Shown: in pieces, positions 1-13,712 of the stretch
Position numbering within the stretch: the first letter of the stretch is position 1
Layout: each line of letters starts with the position of its first letter
Translations under genes and position numbers: made by a program
Notes under the pieces: model-generated
Told to the model about the DNA's origin: nothing
Database searches by the model: none
Seen by the model: only the letters and a program-made list of their open reading frames with translations
DNA from: Octopus sinensis
Taxonomy: Eukaryota
DNA: 64,000 nt
Assembly (NCBI RefSeq): GCF_006345805.1
Contig: NC_043000.1
Coordinates: forward strand, 23,746,001-23,810,000
Reading direction: 5' to 3'

Positions 1-423
1 TTAATGTGAGATCCTGGCATGAGGCCTTAGGACTACCTCTTTCTGCATTGAGATATGAGATTGTGAAAATGTAACCTAACTGGCTCCCTGACAAAACACG
101 CCAGCTAGCAGATAAGAGACAACACACAGGAGAAGACCATGGCCTCCATGCATCAAACTATTTTCATTTATCATATATACATGTGGCCACATTAAAGGTA
201 TTTAAAGTTACCACCTTGTTCCATGTATTTCTTTATACCATGTTCCTTTCAAATGATATTACAGCCTTCTGAATAGAGTTACATTAGATGGCTCCACAAC
301 CTATCCATCTATACAATCAACATATCAGCATAGTGTATCTCTCTGAAACTTGATTATGTTGATATCTTCCCCTTACATTTCATCAACTGTGCAATATAGA
401 TGACTTGTTAATATTCCTTGAGT

Positions 424-639
424 ATGGGGCTGCAAGTTGACAGAATCATTACTGTGCCAGGCAAAATGCTTAATGGCATTTCGTCCATCTTTGTGTTCTG
501 AGTTCAAACACCACCAAGGTTGACTTTGCCTTTGATCCTTTCAGGGTCAGTAAAATAAGTACCAGTTAAGTACTGAGGTCAATGTAACTGGCTTACCCCC
601 ATCCCCCAAATTGCTGGCCTTGTACCAAAATTTGAAACC
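424..639 (+). mobile_element. tRNA-derived SINE family 2 (short-tail form) with 14-bp TSD
   Basis: Body 'gttctgagttcaaa...gactttgcctttgatcc...aagtaccagtt...ggccttgtaccaaaatttgaaacc' flanked by perfect direct repeats aatattccttgagt at 410-423 and 640-653. Confidence 0.85.
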
Positions 640-659
640 AATATTCCTTGAGTTTACTG

Positions 660-1265
660 CAGCCAAAGTTGGTCTGTTTATCAATGAAAAAAGAAGGGAA
701 CACTAAATACATGAGCATCAACAAGGATGAAAGCCATCTGCTAATTTTTTTGAATGATGGCACTAAACCCAAAGAGGTCAGTCACTTCAAGTATCTTGGT
801 TCCTATGTTGTTGATAGTAACAAAGACTTCCTTACATGACTGGAATGCCTGAAACAAATTCAGAAGATTTGACTATCAAGTATTTCAGTGTCAACTAGGT
901 TGTCTTTCTTTAGGACATGCATAGAGGGTACTCTTCTGTCTGGGGGGCCAAATGCTGAACTATGAAGAAGGAGATTCAAGGTACCCATGATGGCTAGTAT
1001 CTCAAGGAATGTTAAACAGGCTTCTCATGAGGGCTCAAAACATCTCATACAGTGAGCACAAGATCAAAGAGGATATTTGTAGACACAGTCTGTCCATCTC
1101 TACTTTTGTTCCACAGTGCAGGTTAGGTTTTCCTGGCCACTGTCATTGTGCTGAACAACAGCTCATGTCAAATGTTTATTTGAGAGACTTCCATGCTTTA
1201 ATAGGGGATGAAGACCACCCGGTGACAGTAATGTTATTGGCAGAGAGACAAATGGCATGGAAATA
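660..1265 (+). pseudogene. Degenerate RTE/RTE-X-like LINE ORF2 C-terminal fragment
   Basis: Peptides NTKYMSIN...EVSHFKYLGSYV and RLLMRAQNISYSEH...RLGFPGHC match non-LTR RT C-terminal patterns; interrupted by stops and frameshifts. Confidence 0.75.
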
Positions 1266-1285
1266 AGAATCTACTAATGCTAATA

Positions 1286-1525
1286 GTAGATATATATGTA
1301 TGTGTGTGTATATGTTTGTGTGTCTGTGTCCCCCCAACATCGCTTGACAACCGATGCTGCTGTGTTTACATCCCCATATCTTAGCAGTTCGGCAAAAGAG
1401 GCCGATAGAATAAGTACTAGGCTTACAAAGAATAAGTCCTGGGGTCAATTTGTTCAACTAAAGGCGGTGCTCCAGCATGGCCACAGTCAAATGACTGAAA
1501 CAAGTAAAAGAGTAAAAGAATGCTT
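1286..1525 (+). mobile_element. SINE family 1, 3' half
   Basis: Matches the 3' part of the 17201-17623 copy, including the gatagaataagtact...aaggcggtgctccagcatggcc...gtaaaagagtaaaaga tail. Confidence 0.85.
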
Positions 1526-4500
1526 AACAAAGGGAAAACATTTGCACCTACTTCAAGTGAAGAAATAAACAGTGTTGTGGCAAAATGTTTTGTCCATATT
1601 TTTTTCAGACATTATAATTCTGGCTGCTATTTCTAGGAGAAGTCAAGGAATCATATCAAGATTTCATGTGTGCTGATCCCCATGGCAATAGAAATCAGCA
1701 GCCATGATATTTCAGTGATTGGAGGCTTTTGATAGTCTAAAATTTCATAACTTTAAATGTTCACAACTTCTTTATTCCTAATTTCTTGCAAAAACAATGA
1801 ATGCAATTTTTCTCATCAGCATGCAAAAGCTACATCAAAATTACGTTTTTTAAAAAAATAAACCGATGTAAATTAGAAAAATGTTAAGTGGTTGCAAGAT
1901 ACCCCACGTATACACACGCTCATACGAAGAGAATCGTTTTCTCTTTCTCGTTTTTTTTAGCCAAGAATCAAAACCTTAGTCTAGAATTTTTTCTGTAAGC
2001 TCCTTGCTATTGTTCTTGGCATTAGCAATTAGAAATTTGTGAGTGTCAACTGTTGCATTTAGATAAGTTCTATTCTTTAACTGACCATTTTGGATCACCA
2101 ACAGTTCAGACCAGATAACAGACGAAAAATCCATTGTTTAGCTTGACCTAATCTAGCTAGGAAAATATAAAAAGAATTGTTCCCAAATAGAATTGTTCCT
2201 TTTTGTATCTGACATTTACCAGAGAAGCATCTGTCTCTTTTGCCCCCATATCTTTGCTGGAGGATCATCTTCCCTCACTCTTTCTCTCTCTCCTTTTCTT
2301 TTTCTATCTTCACTCATGGCATATCAACAAGGGACCATACAACTCTCACCCCCTCTAGCAGTCGCCTACAGATGGACACACCTACCTACGAAATGGACAA
2401 CAGAACTTCTACTAATCTTAATAAACAACATCTCAAAGCAGTTGTTTTAATAGTGTAACAATAAAATAAAGGCAATTTCTACTATTATTTTCTTCTATCA
2501 TTTATTCCATGGACTTCAAAAACAACCAACTTACCATTTATATCCTTGGTAACCTGACATCTACTATACATCCTACGAATGTTGCATCTGATGACTCCAA
2601 TGTTAGAAAAACCAAAACCAAATATGCAGTCTCCTAAACTTGCCAGCCATCAGCATAGAAACTATTACATATATTTGCATGCATGTGTGTGTGTGTGGCT
2701 ATGACTATAAACTGCATCTGGCAGTATGGCTCTGGTTGAGGAGTTCCAGGGTTTTGAAGAGTGTGGAATCACCTTTCAGACACTGTTGTTCCCAGGTCTA
2801 CTCTGACCTAGATTAGTAACACCTGTTAGAGTCCCAGCTCTGGGTTAGCTAGCATATGCAATGAAAATCCATCTGAGCATGGAGGCACAGAAATACACTT
2901 GGATGATGTCAGGGCATACAGTAAAATCACTGAGAGGGACCTAAGCTGGTGTCACAGTATCCTTCAAGGAGAGGGATATTCTGATGTAAAACCTGTAGTT
3001 TCAACTGATTATTGGTCATCTTGCTTCAGCCTGTCACTTGGTACTAATCACAGAGACTCAGAAAGAGGTAATCACATTGCATAAGTGTTTATCACTGTAA
3101 TCTAATGATATACAGATGTCTCATTATGGTGACCTCATTTGTCGTTTGAGCTGCTAAAAGTGGCGCTGGAAGAGTGGCAATGTGTGTGCAGGCCCAACCA
3201 GTTGGGAGCGCACAGTAAGTTACAACTTTAGCTTGTCATCTATGCTTCAATCCATGGAGATCTGCACAGGGATAGAAGATAGAATAGTCATCTGAGTGGT
3301 CATGGGTGGAAAGTCAGAAATACCAGTGATAAAAAAGAAACACAAGGAGATAGCAATCATCTGTGAGGAGTAAACAATCATCACACACACACACAACACA
3401 CACACACACACACACACTGAATGAACCTTCACATAAGATTCTAAATATGCTTAGTCATAGCAAGCCAAATATGACATACGCATATATCAAGAAGCTTACA
3501 AAAAACAAGTGTTTTCACACACAACTACAACAATGACAGCATATACCGTCAATTAATTCAACACATTTATTGTACTCAATGAAATAAGGTGTAGTTGTGA
3601 TTTGAGCATCCAGCAAAATAAAATTTTACTAACCAAAAGAATAATTTAAATTAAAAACATGTTAGTCAACCATGACATATATGCACAGTGACAAGCACAC
3701 ACACACAAAAGATATTCACAAACATATACACAAGGACACCCACAGATTTATAATCCAAAAATCATACTTCCATTGAAATAACCTATATCATTATTAGTTT
3801 TAGCTGCCAGAATTGTTTCCATGCTGGACAAAATGCTAATCTATCTTTGCGTTCTGAGCTCAAATTCTGCTGAGGCTGATTTTGCTGTTCATCCCTTCAG
3901 GGGTTGATGTAATTAACTAGTCCACTGCCCCTAAAATGTCAGGTTTTGTTTCCTATAATAGAAAAGATTATTAGTTTAAAAAACACTTTTAAAGAGCCAC
4001 ACCAAAATCCATGCACTCAGACTTGCACCCTATTGACAAAAATAACAACATATATAAACACAATACTATAATAAAAAGTAGACTAAAATAAACTTGACAA
4101 AAGAAGAGTCTTAACTAGATCAACAGGTGCAAGCATGTCTGTGAGAGGTTTGGTTTGCAAGCATGTGATAGTCCTGGTTTGACCTATGCCTCGTGAGTGA
4201 ATTTGGTAGATGTAAACAGTGTGGGAACCAATTGTATGAATATATGTTTGTGTGTTTGTCCTCAACCCTATTGTTTGTCTTCGGCCATTACTTGACAGCC
4301 GATAGTCTTTTGTTTACATCCCTATAACTTAGCAGTTCAGTAAAAGAAGACTGATAGAATAAATAGCAGACATATGCAGCAAAAAATACTGAAGAGTCAT
4401 TCAAATGTCTCTTGTGTAAAAAAAAATAAAACAAAAAAAGCGGAAAAAAACCCCCAGTTTTTTAAAGTTAATTTTTCCCTGCATTTATAGAAAGAATGTA

Positions 4501-5409
4501 GGTTTATTATTTGAGTTCAATTGAATTTCCCAATCTTTGATTCTTTTGAAGATTCAATTTCAGAAAACTTCTCTCCCTCTCTCATTTTCTTTAGCAATTC
4601 ACAAACACCAGATAAAAGGACAAAAAAAAACATTGACAAGGTAGAAGCCTCCATCAATGTTCTCTATATTATACATTTTAAAAAAATAACACTCATTCTT
4701 TTTCTTTGTATATAGAGAAAAAAAAAATGAATGTTATTTAAAAAAAAATATATTTAGCATGTATATAAGGAAGAAATATTATTTACCTAGTAAAAAGCCA
4801 AAATCTGGCAAAATTCTTTCTGCAGAGGACTTGTTTGCCAACATTTCTTCCAGCTTTATACTCTAGTTCAAATGCCGCTGAGGTCAGTGAACTAAGTACT
4901 AGTCAAGAACTGGGATCAATGTAATCTCCCCAAATTGCAGGCCTTGTGCCTATAGTAGAAAAGATTATTTACCTCATAAAATGAACACAAAATAAATTTA
5001 TCTTAACCTACAATCCTTCCCAAGTTGTGTGATGTATTCAAAATGAAAATTAGCCATTATTTATGCTATGTCACAAATGACATACATTCGGTGGAGCACA
5101 CTAGCAGCTTGGCCTTAATTGTCCGTGTAAATAATTGAGGCCAAAATTTGCATTGTGAAATAGAATTTCTATAAAGGAACTGAATTCAGATTTTTAAAAT
5201 AGAGAACTTAAGGTCTGTGATTGTATAAAATAAATGAAGGTAACTTATTTTCAGTCAGTTTAGAATGTTAAACTTAACTCGGCTGCTTGTAAGAAATATA
5301 GAATAATCATACCAAGTTCCAACAAGAAAATTTTATAGAACTGGGGCAACTGGATGTAGGAAGCTCTCCCAACTTGTCAAAGAATCTCTTTTCCTCTATT
5401 TTATACCTT

Positions 5410-5600
5410 CCAAAATATTGGTTTCAAATTTTAGCACAAGGCCAGCAATTTGGGGGCAGGAGGTAAGTTGATTACATTGACCCCAGTTCGCAACTGGTAC
5501 TTATTTTATTGACCCTGAAAGGACGACAGGCAAAGTTGGTGTTTGAATTCTGAATGTAAGAACAGGCGAAATGCTGCTAAGCATTTGGCCCAGTTTGTCA
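5410..5600 (-). mobile_element. SINE family 2 (degenerate); further old copies at about 3790-3975, 4790-4970, 31290-31680, 37230-37650, 37800-37960, 39730-39900
   Basis: Reverse complement of the family 2 body (ttcatcctttcggggtcgataaaataagtaccag). Confidence 0.7.
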
Positions 5601-5903
5601 CCACATATGGCTTCCAAAATATGGAAGACATGAAAGATGATAATACCAGAAGTGTGATTTGGAAGACTCTGGGGACATAAGAATGTAAATAATATGTGAA
5701 GAAACCTAATTAGTTGTATACTCTTCAGAATGAGTTCAGTCTGAGTTACTTGTTTATTATCTATTTTGTTGAGCTGTAACAAAGGTACAAGGCTTCAGTC
5801 ATTCGTGGTGGAGGGGACAAAAACAGACACATACAGCATTGGTACTTATTCCCCTGACCACAGAGCAACAGTAAATATCACCCACCAAAGGATTTGAACA
5901 CTA

Positions 5904-6246
5904 TGTAGCATGGCTGATATCCTCACTGTTTGAGAGATAGATTAGAAATGATCTCGTGTTAGATAACAACCATCTTCGGCTATTTTGACCCTGTTGTGTC
6001 CACTGCTCTGCATTGGCGCAGTTTGTCTCTTATTTTCGCGCCAGTGTGTAAGCCAACAATCACAGCCTTCTGTAAATAAAGTCTTTCTCTCTCAAACAGT
6101 AGAACGGTTGTCATCCTCATTATTCCTTTTGGCACTTATTCTTTTATACTATGTATTTTGGCTTCTTCTTTTGTTAGGGCAACTGTGCGGCGTTAAAAAG
6201 GAGACATTTGTCACCAACTCCTTACGTACAGTCGTTATTCACTACA
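5904..6246 (+). mobile_element. Solo LTR (Gypsy-like), 343 bp
   Basis: TGTAG...CTACA inverted termini, 4-bp TSD ACTA (5900-5903 and 6247-6250), internal AATAAA near 6075, and retained CpGs unlike the flanks. Confidence 0.8.
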
Positions 6247-6467
6247 ACTATGCGTAAAATTACATGGCTGAATACTATATGACACTTTGGTGCTTTTTAT
6301 TGCCTTTGTCACTTCATAGATTTTTCATCATAATGAGATGTTGGTTTCATACATTGGTACAAGAACATGCTTTAGTTGGAGAGATTCATAGTTTACTGAA
6401 TAGACATGAGTGTATAGTCAACCAAACAGCTGCATAACAAATTACAATATTCAATAAATGTTTACTG

Positions 6468-7085
6468 TCATCATCGTTTAACGTCTGCTTTCCATGTTGG
6501 CATGGGTTGGATGGTTTGATTGAAGACTGGTAGGCCAGAAGGCTGCACCAGGCTCCAGTCTGATCTGGTAAAGTTTCTACAGCTGGATGCCCTTCCTAAC
6601 ACCAACCACTCCAAGAGTGTAGTGGGTGCTTTTTACGTACCACTGGCACGGGAGCCAGTCAGGGGTCACTGGCAATGACTACGCTTGAATGGTGTTTTTT
6701 ACGCGCCACCCACACAGGACCAATCAGCTGGGACTGGCATCAACCATGCTCAAATGGTGCTTTTTACATTCCACTGGCATGGGGGCTAGTCAGATGGCAC
6801 TGGCAATGATCATGTTCAAATGGTGCTTTTTACATACCACCGGCAGGCTTGTTGTGCTGCACTGGTATTGGCCATGGTTACAGTGTCACTCGGCTTGCCA
6901 GGTCTTCTCAAGCACAGCATATCTCTAAAGGTCTTGGTCACTTGTCATTGCCTTGGTGAGACCCAACGTTCGATGGTTATGCTTCACCACCTCATCCCAG
7001 GTCTTCCTGGGTCTACCTCTTCCACAGGTTCCCTCTACTGTCAGGGTGTGACACTTTTTCACACAGCTGTCCTGTATCATCTGTA
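6468..7085 (-). mobile_element. RTE LINE 3' end (ORF2 tail, 3' UTR, (GAT)n tail)
   Basis: Peptide CVKKCHTLTVEGTCGRGRPRKTWDEVVK, UTR with gtggcacgtaaaaagcacc repeats, ending gttaaacgatgatg. Confidence 0.85.
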
Positions 7086-7335
7086 ATATCAAAGTACAAT
7101 AGTTAACAAAGGTCGAATAGTTTAACCGCAATATCAAAAGTACAGTATTTAATGGATGTCAAAGTACAGTATTCAGTAGATGTATAATATATTAGTGGTA
7201 ATATTAAAGCATATTATCTGATAATGGCAAGATCAAAATAAAATATTTTATAGATTTCTCATATATTAGTGTTAATATCAAAGTACAATATTTAATAGAT
7301 GCTGGTTCCAATATCAGAACACAGTACTTAATGGT
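7086..7335. repeat. Degenerate AT-rich minisatellite (aatatcaaagtacaatatttaa-like unit)
   Basis: The atcaaagtaca core recurs at least 4-5 times. Confidence 0.6.
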
Positions 7336-9101
7336 AATGATGTTAATGGTTTTGCACCACACACTGTACAAACTCTCCACTTCCCCTCTTTCCAATAAAC
7401 TAAAGGTCTGGTGTTCTAGAAATCAATATATATATATTTCATATCCAATCAGATATCACAAAGCTGCTGTTTTTAAATGCAATAATTCAATTGTGTAAAT
7501 TCAGTGTATTTATTTTCCTGACTATTATAAAACAGCTTTCGAGGCCATTGGATATGCAGAATCATTAGAGCATCAGATAAAATGTATTGCAATGGCTGTT
7601 ATATGTTTATGTCTCATCAAACACAATGATGCCTCTTATCCTTCAGAGGACAGTACCAGTCATGAACTGAGGTAGAATTCATCAATTAACTCCCAAGTTA
7701 GAATGTAATGCCTGGGGCAGCCCTTGAATTTGCTGCTCTGGGCCCCCAAGCCTATACAGGCTTATACAGCATCTGTAAACTGCCACCTGCCCCATAAAAG
7801 CATCACCTGGGCAGGCTTCCCCTTTGCCCTACCTCAGCTATGCTACTGCCAAACATTCCCCTGAAATTGTGACTTTGTTCCCCTTATTATTTAATTTGAA
7901 GGCACAATGACATTTTGAAGGCCTCTTGGCCTGAAGAGGATGATGTGGTTGGTATTTAGCTTCTGGGGAAAACATAGACATCATTGAACCATCAAGGGAA
8001 CCTTTATGTTGTTGCTCAACCAGCAAAAAATGGCAACCAAATCTCTTGCAGATCACACCCTGCTATTTTGTAAAAGAAGGGACACAGTTACCCTTTACAA
8101 GACAATGATTATGATTATGATTTGAAACAGCACAGGACTATACAGTAACATAGATTAATCAGTATAATGTTTCCTTTTAATTAGACACAATGCACTTTTC
8201 TATAATGACCTTATAGTTGTTTAGCTGGTGTTACTGGACAAACAGCTGAAAGGTTGGTGGTTCATTTCTCTCACAGCTCTGTGCTGTGTCTGAGATAAAA
8301 CACTTAACTCTCAAATGATCCAGTCCTGCTTGCTATAAACATATTCTCTAAGATAGTAGCACATTGTCATTATAAACTATAGCATTACTGTAAAATTGAC
8401 AAGAAGTGCATTCATTTGAAGCATTGAGTCCAAGTTCTCCTGTTTGTTGGGAGTTGGGGAACAATTGGTTTCAGATCTATAATTTATCAATTAATTTCAG
8501 TCTGTCCAGATTCTAGCTTTGATTATAGACTATATCTAATGATTAGTTTGAACCAACCCATTCTACAATAAATTCATCATACACAACCATACACCATAAT
8601 GAAAGGATCCCTGTTGCCTCTAAAGTCACTAATTAGACTTGTAGTTACTTTTGAAGTCCCATTTGCAGATGAATAAGAAATAATCATTCACATTACAATA
8701 GTGAATCATCCAGAGTTTAACTAGCAGTGACAAGCCATCTTTTTTTTTCAGTTGCAGCAGTTTTGCACCTACAAATCGTTGTAGCTTCGGCAGCTAATAC
8801 AAGCTACACTTTCCAAGACATGTGCCCATTTCACAGTTCTTTGGTCAGGTGCAACAGTTTTAAAACCAGAAGCCATTTGCACTTTAGTAGCTCTTACAAG
8901 CTCTGCATTCACAGACAAGTCTTTATGCACAGTTCTTTGCTCAGAATATCAGTATTTCTGGATGCAATAACATTATAACCATCAGCTACATATTTTTCAA
9001 CAGAAATCAGTACCACAGGAATCAAGAGAATCTCTTCTTCACAAGGAATTCACTTTTATGCTGCTCTAAAATATTAGGCATGTTTAAGCCAAATTTTTGA
9101 A

Positions 9102-9471
9102 TCTCTATATATATAAAGCTGAAGTTGTCTGTGTATGGTAGGTTTGGTAGCCTTCAATTAACATTATCTCCTCCGAGACCTTGCGGCACAAGTTGACCAA
9201 AATTGAGAGTATGATAGAAGAAGGCTTGCTCTTCCTTCCGTAGAAGAAAAATTAAAATTGGGCCATGTTAAAACCAAAAATTATTTACATCAAAAAAGTG
9301 CTTTTTTTCTATGAAAATCACTATTTTTTACGATTTTTTGACTGCTGCGTCACCATTTTTCGGTGTATTTCAACCAGAAAAATGTTCACTTAAAGAGAAT
9401 AACAAGCTACATAATGCAAAATTTTTACTTTTCAAACAAACCCGAGCAATGCTGGGAGATACTGCTTGTAG
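9102..9471 (+). mobile_element. Non-autonomous Helitron-like element
   Basis: A|TC 5' start (TCTCTATATATATAAAGCTG) and a 3' cccgagcaatgctggg hairpin followed by a decayed CTAG; same family as 51440, 52554 and 54551. Confidence 0.75.
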
Positions 9472-10399
9472 TTACATAAAATCGCTATATTATTTTCTCA
9501 CTTTTTTCACCATGGCAACATTGCTTTTATTAAATTTGTAATTTGAAACTCAACATTTGTCTATGCTTGAATTACTGTCCATATTCGAACCTAATCTGAA
9601 CCCAGCTGCCACCACCACCACCACCACCATCATCATCATCATTTAACGTCCATTTTCCCATGCAGGCTTGGGTTGGATGGTTTGATGGGAGTGAGCCAGC
9701 TGGAGAGCTGTCAAGGCTCTAATTATCTATTTTGGCATGGTTTCTACAGTTGGAAGCCCTTCCTAATGCCAACCACTTTACAGAAGTTTTCTGGATGCTT
9801 TTTATGCAACACTGGAACTATATATAATACATTTTTTTCCCAACACATTTACGTAAACATTGCTTTTATTAAAGTTGTAATTTGAAACCTGACATTTTTT
9901 TATGCTTGAATGGCTGTCCGTATTCAAAACTAAGCTGAACTTTCACAAAGCATTAATTGTATTACTTTGAATTTGTGTACCTTGTTAGAACAAACCAGGC
10001 TTACACTTCAGGAGGAACATAAAAGATAAAGAAAAACACATTCACACACACACACGTTCGAAAATATTTAATTTATAGTGGTAATGTCTGTGTAAACCCC
10101 ACTATTTTCCACAACTGGTGTCAGCATGTCTACTCTCATTCATCAGAGGTATGGTCTAAAACTAACAATGATAAATGAATGATCTACACCCACATTATAA
10201 ATGGAATAAATGGTAGATTCATTCTCACCAACCTTGCGGCCCATCACAGTGAAGTTTCCACTGTCACATATTTTCTGGATAATCTCTACCTTCGTCTGCG
10301 TTGCTTAAGATCAGGTACCTTTGTATTTTTCTTGTTTTCTGGTCCCATGTTGATGGGTATGAGGACATTAATTGGTATAAAAAAAATATGCAGCCTTGG

Positions 10400-10985
10400 G
10401 TGACCTGCTGTGCTTGAGGAGACCTATTGAGTCAAGTACATCAACATCAAAGTAAATATCAAATGGAAATTGTAGTTATGATACCTGTGCCGGTGGCACG
10501 TAAAAAGGCACCATCTGAACGTGGTCGATGCCAGCGCTGCCTTGACTTGCTTCTGTGCTGGTGGCATGTAACCTGCTGTGCTTGAGGAGACCTATTGAGT
10601 CAAGTACATCAACATCAAAATAAATATCAAATGGAAATTGTAGTTATGATATACCTGTGCCAGTGGCACGTAAAAAGCACAATCCGAACATGGTCGATGC
10701 CAGCACCGACTTGACTGGCTTCTGTGCTTGTGGCAGGTAAAAAGCACCAACTGATTGTGGCCGCTGCCAGCCTCTGCCGGCACCTGTGCCGGTGGCACGT
10801 AAAAAGCACCTACTACACTCATGGAGTGGTTGGCGTTAGGAAGGGCATCCAACTGTAGAAACCATACCAGATCAGACTGGAGCCTGGTGCAGTCTCCTGG
10901 CTTCCCAGACCCCGGTCGAACTGTCCAACCCATGCTAGCATGGAAAACAGACGTTAAACGATGATGATGATGATGATGATGACGA
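10400..10985 (+). mobile_element. RTE 3' UTR / RTE-tailed element with internal ~170-nt duplication
   Basis: Ends ggacgttaaacgatgatgatg; the ctgctgtgcttgaggagacc unit occurs twice (about 10404 and 10573). Confidence 0.8.
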
Positions 10986-11856
10986 CATGATCATATAAGC
11001 ACAATGAATACTCAGTGCATTCTGGGTGGCTAAGCATTATTGGTGCATCATTGCAGTCAAAGCAGAATCTTCGGCTGATCGTTGACCTGTGCTATCACAG
11101 ATCAATCCATGATAAGCATGTCATGTTATCTCATATCAGTGATGAATGAATCAGTGATAAACGAAGCTATATCTACTGACATGTTTTTTTCTTATTATCA
11201 TCCAAAAGAAAAGAATAATTAGTGTCACAGCATTTCTTATCGGATGGAATAGTGTTAAATTTGAAATACTTGAATGTAATTGTAAATTACAAGTCTTCTC
11301 CGGTCACAAAGAAATTGTACTATAACAGAAAATGTAAGGAGAAATGAAATATGTACAAACAAACTATTATAACATGAAGGAGATCGTGCTTCATTGTCAT
11401 TGTAGGAACATTGTATAAACACAGACCATACAATTGTTAATAAGGCCTCTCCATATAAATCTGTTTGAAGCATGATTAATGTTCTGTTGATGTCTATTGT
11501 TGTCAACTGCAAATAATCTGCCTGGTTTCCAGTTGTCAAATAAATACATAAATAAGAAAACAGAACTTTATATGAGGTAATGTTTGCTGAAGTAGAATGT
11601 AATATAACAGGTCCCACCGTTGTTCTGGTTTCTTAAGCACAATCTAACAAGTTTTGGGCAGATTAACATCTGCTATTTACAATAGTCTAAGTTGTAACGA
11701 TGCAACGCTATTAAGATTCCATTAATATTTTCTGAAACTATTGAAATAAATTTCTTTCTGATTTTAGCACAAGGCCAGCAATGTTTTGGGAGGGGATTTA
11801 GTCATTTATATTAACCCTAGTGCTTGACTTGTACTTTAAATTATTGACTCAGAAAA

Positions 11857-12025
<169 letters not shown>

Positions 12026-12399
12026 CTTCAAATCCAGCTTAACATGGACATACAGTTAAAACACCAAATACTGTGATACTTGATTTGATACTTGGTTCTC
12101 TCATATAGATGCATGATGCATTAAAGCACAATTAAAGACTTATATTGTAGCAGATGAGAATCATCTGGCATGTGCACAAGAACTGCCAGATAACATGATT
12201 TCAGCATACTGCACTTCTTCAGTGACAGCTGTCCACTCACTGCATACCAGGCAAATCTCATACTCAATATATAGAATAACTCACTTTTCAGGCACTGATA
12301 TCGCAAAAGGCCAGCTGGTGGCAATCTAACAATTTGTCCATGTTAAGTTGGATATAAAGATTGCCTTTTTGCATTAATACTGCTTCTGTTGTTAATATT

Positions 12400-13365
12400 T
12401 GTTTTTCAATAACCATCCAGCCCTGGTGACTTCTCCCTCATGCAGCAAGCCATAGCTTCCCATATTTCATCAGCTGTTATCTGTATTTCACATAATTCCA
12501 CATACCTGTCCTAGAGTTGCAGCAAGCCATCCAGATAGGTAGTTAAGTCTACCCCTGTCTGTAGTCCACCGTCCACCTCAAACAGTTGCTTGAAAATAAG
12601 TAGCATACATCCTTCCTGATCCATCAAAGACTGAATTGTAGCTTTGTTGCTGCATAACACCTCTGCCACCTGGGATTGTTGAACACCTTTAGTTCCCCTA
12701 TGCTTATTTCTTTACTACCCACAAGGAGCAAAACACAGAGAGGACAAACAAGGACAGACAAACAGATTAAGTTGATTATATCGACTCCAGTGCGTAACTG
12801 GTACTTATTTAATCGACCCCAAAAGTATGAAAGGCAAAGTCGACCTCGGCGGAATTTGAACTCAGAACGTAGCGGCAGACGAAATACTTATTTCTTTACT
12901 ACCCACAAGGAGCTAGACACAGAGGGGACAAACAAGGACAGACAAACGGATTAAGTCAATTACATTGACCCCAGTGCATAACTGGCACTTATTTAATCGA
13001 CCCCGAAAGGATGAAAGGCAAAGTCAACCTCGGCGGAATTTGAACTCAGAACGTAACGGCAGACAAAATATCGCTAAGCATCTCGCCTGGCATGCTAACG
13101 TTTCTGCCAGCTCACAGCCTTTTGTTCCTTTATGCCTTAGAGGACATGACCTAGCTCTGACAATGAAACCTTTGTGTTTAGCATTGAAGAATCGGTTAAG
13201 GGCTAATCTCACTGCCAGCACATCAATCATAATGCCTTTTCCAAGTGCTTCTTCCAGGTTACTAACTAGCTCTGCCTCTGCTCTAGAATTCTCTATCACT
13301 ATTTCCTTAGTAAATCTAATCTGCATTGATTCTAATCAAATAGCCCTTTACAGAGCTAATCACTA
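12400..13365 (-). pseudogene. Tx1/L1-like LINE ORF2 fragment interrupted by a SINE dimer
   Basis: Minus-strand peptides KHKGFIVRARS (GAxVRSR linker motif) and ITADEIWEAMACCMREKSPGLDG (KSPGxDG motif at the RT N-terminus). Confidence 0.65.
12703..13118 (-). mobile_element. SINE family 2 long-tail homodimer
   Basis: One head plus two ~190-nt bodies joined at gtagtaaagaaata|agtatttcgtc; flanked by a 13/16-identical TSD (12687-12702 and 13119-13134). Confidence 0.85.
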
Positions 13366-13371
13366 TTGGTT

Positions 13372-13712
13372 ACTCTTTACGCTTTACTCTCTTTTACTTG
13401 TTTCAGTCATGTGACTGTGGCCATGCTGGAGCATTGCCTTTAGTCAAGCAAATCGACCCCAGGACTTATTCTTTGTAAGCCTAGTACTTATTCTATCGGT
13501 TCCTTTTTGCCGAACCGCTAAGTTACGGGGACGTAAACACACCAGCATCGGTTGTCAAGCGATGTTGGCGGGGACAAACACAGACACACAAACATATACA
13601 CACACATACATATATATACATACTTATATACAATGGGCTTCTTTCAGCTTCCGTCTACCAAATCCACTCACAAGGCTTTGGTCTGCCCAAGGCTATAGTA
13701 GAAGACACTTTT
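13372..13712 (-). mobile_element. SINE family 1, near full length
   Basis: Reverse complement of the 17201-17623 copy with an internal (CA/TA) microsatellite. Confidence 0.85.

Noticed and set aside
2530-2640. Minus-strand open stretch ending in a gtaagt donor (GDCIFGFGFSNIG...)
   Set aside because: Poor acceptor with no pyrimidine tract, no recognisable homology, and no partner exons.
8760-8930. Cys-rich frame with TGA as a possible selenoprotein
   Set aside because: The same frame also has TAA and TAG stops, and no SECIS is evident.
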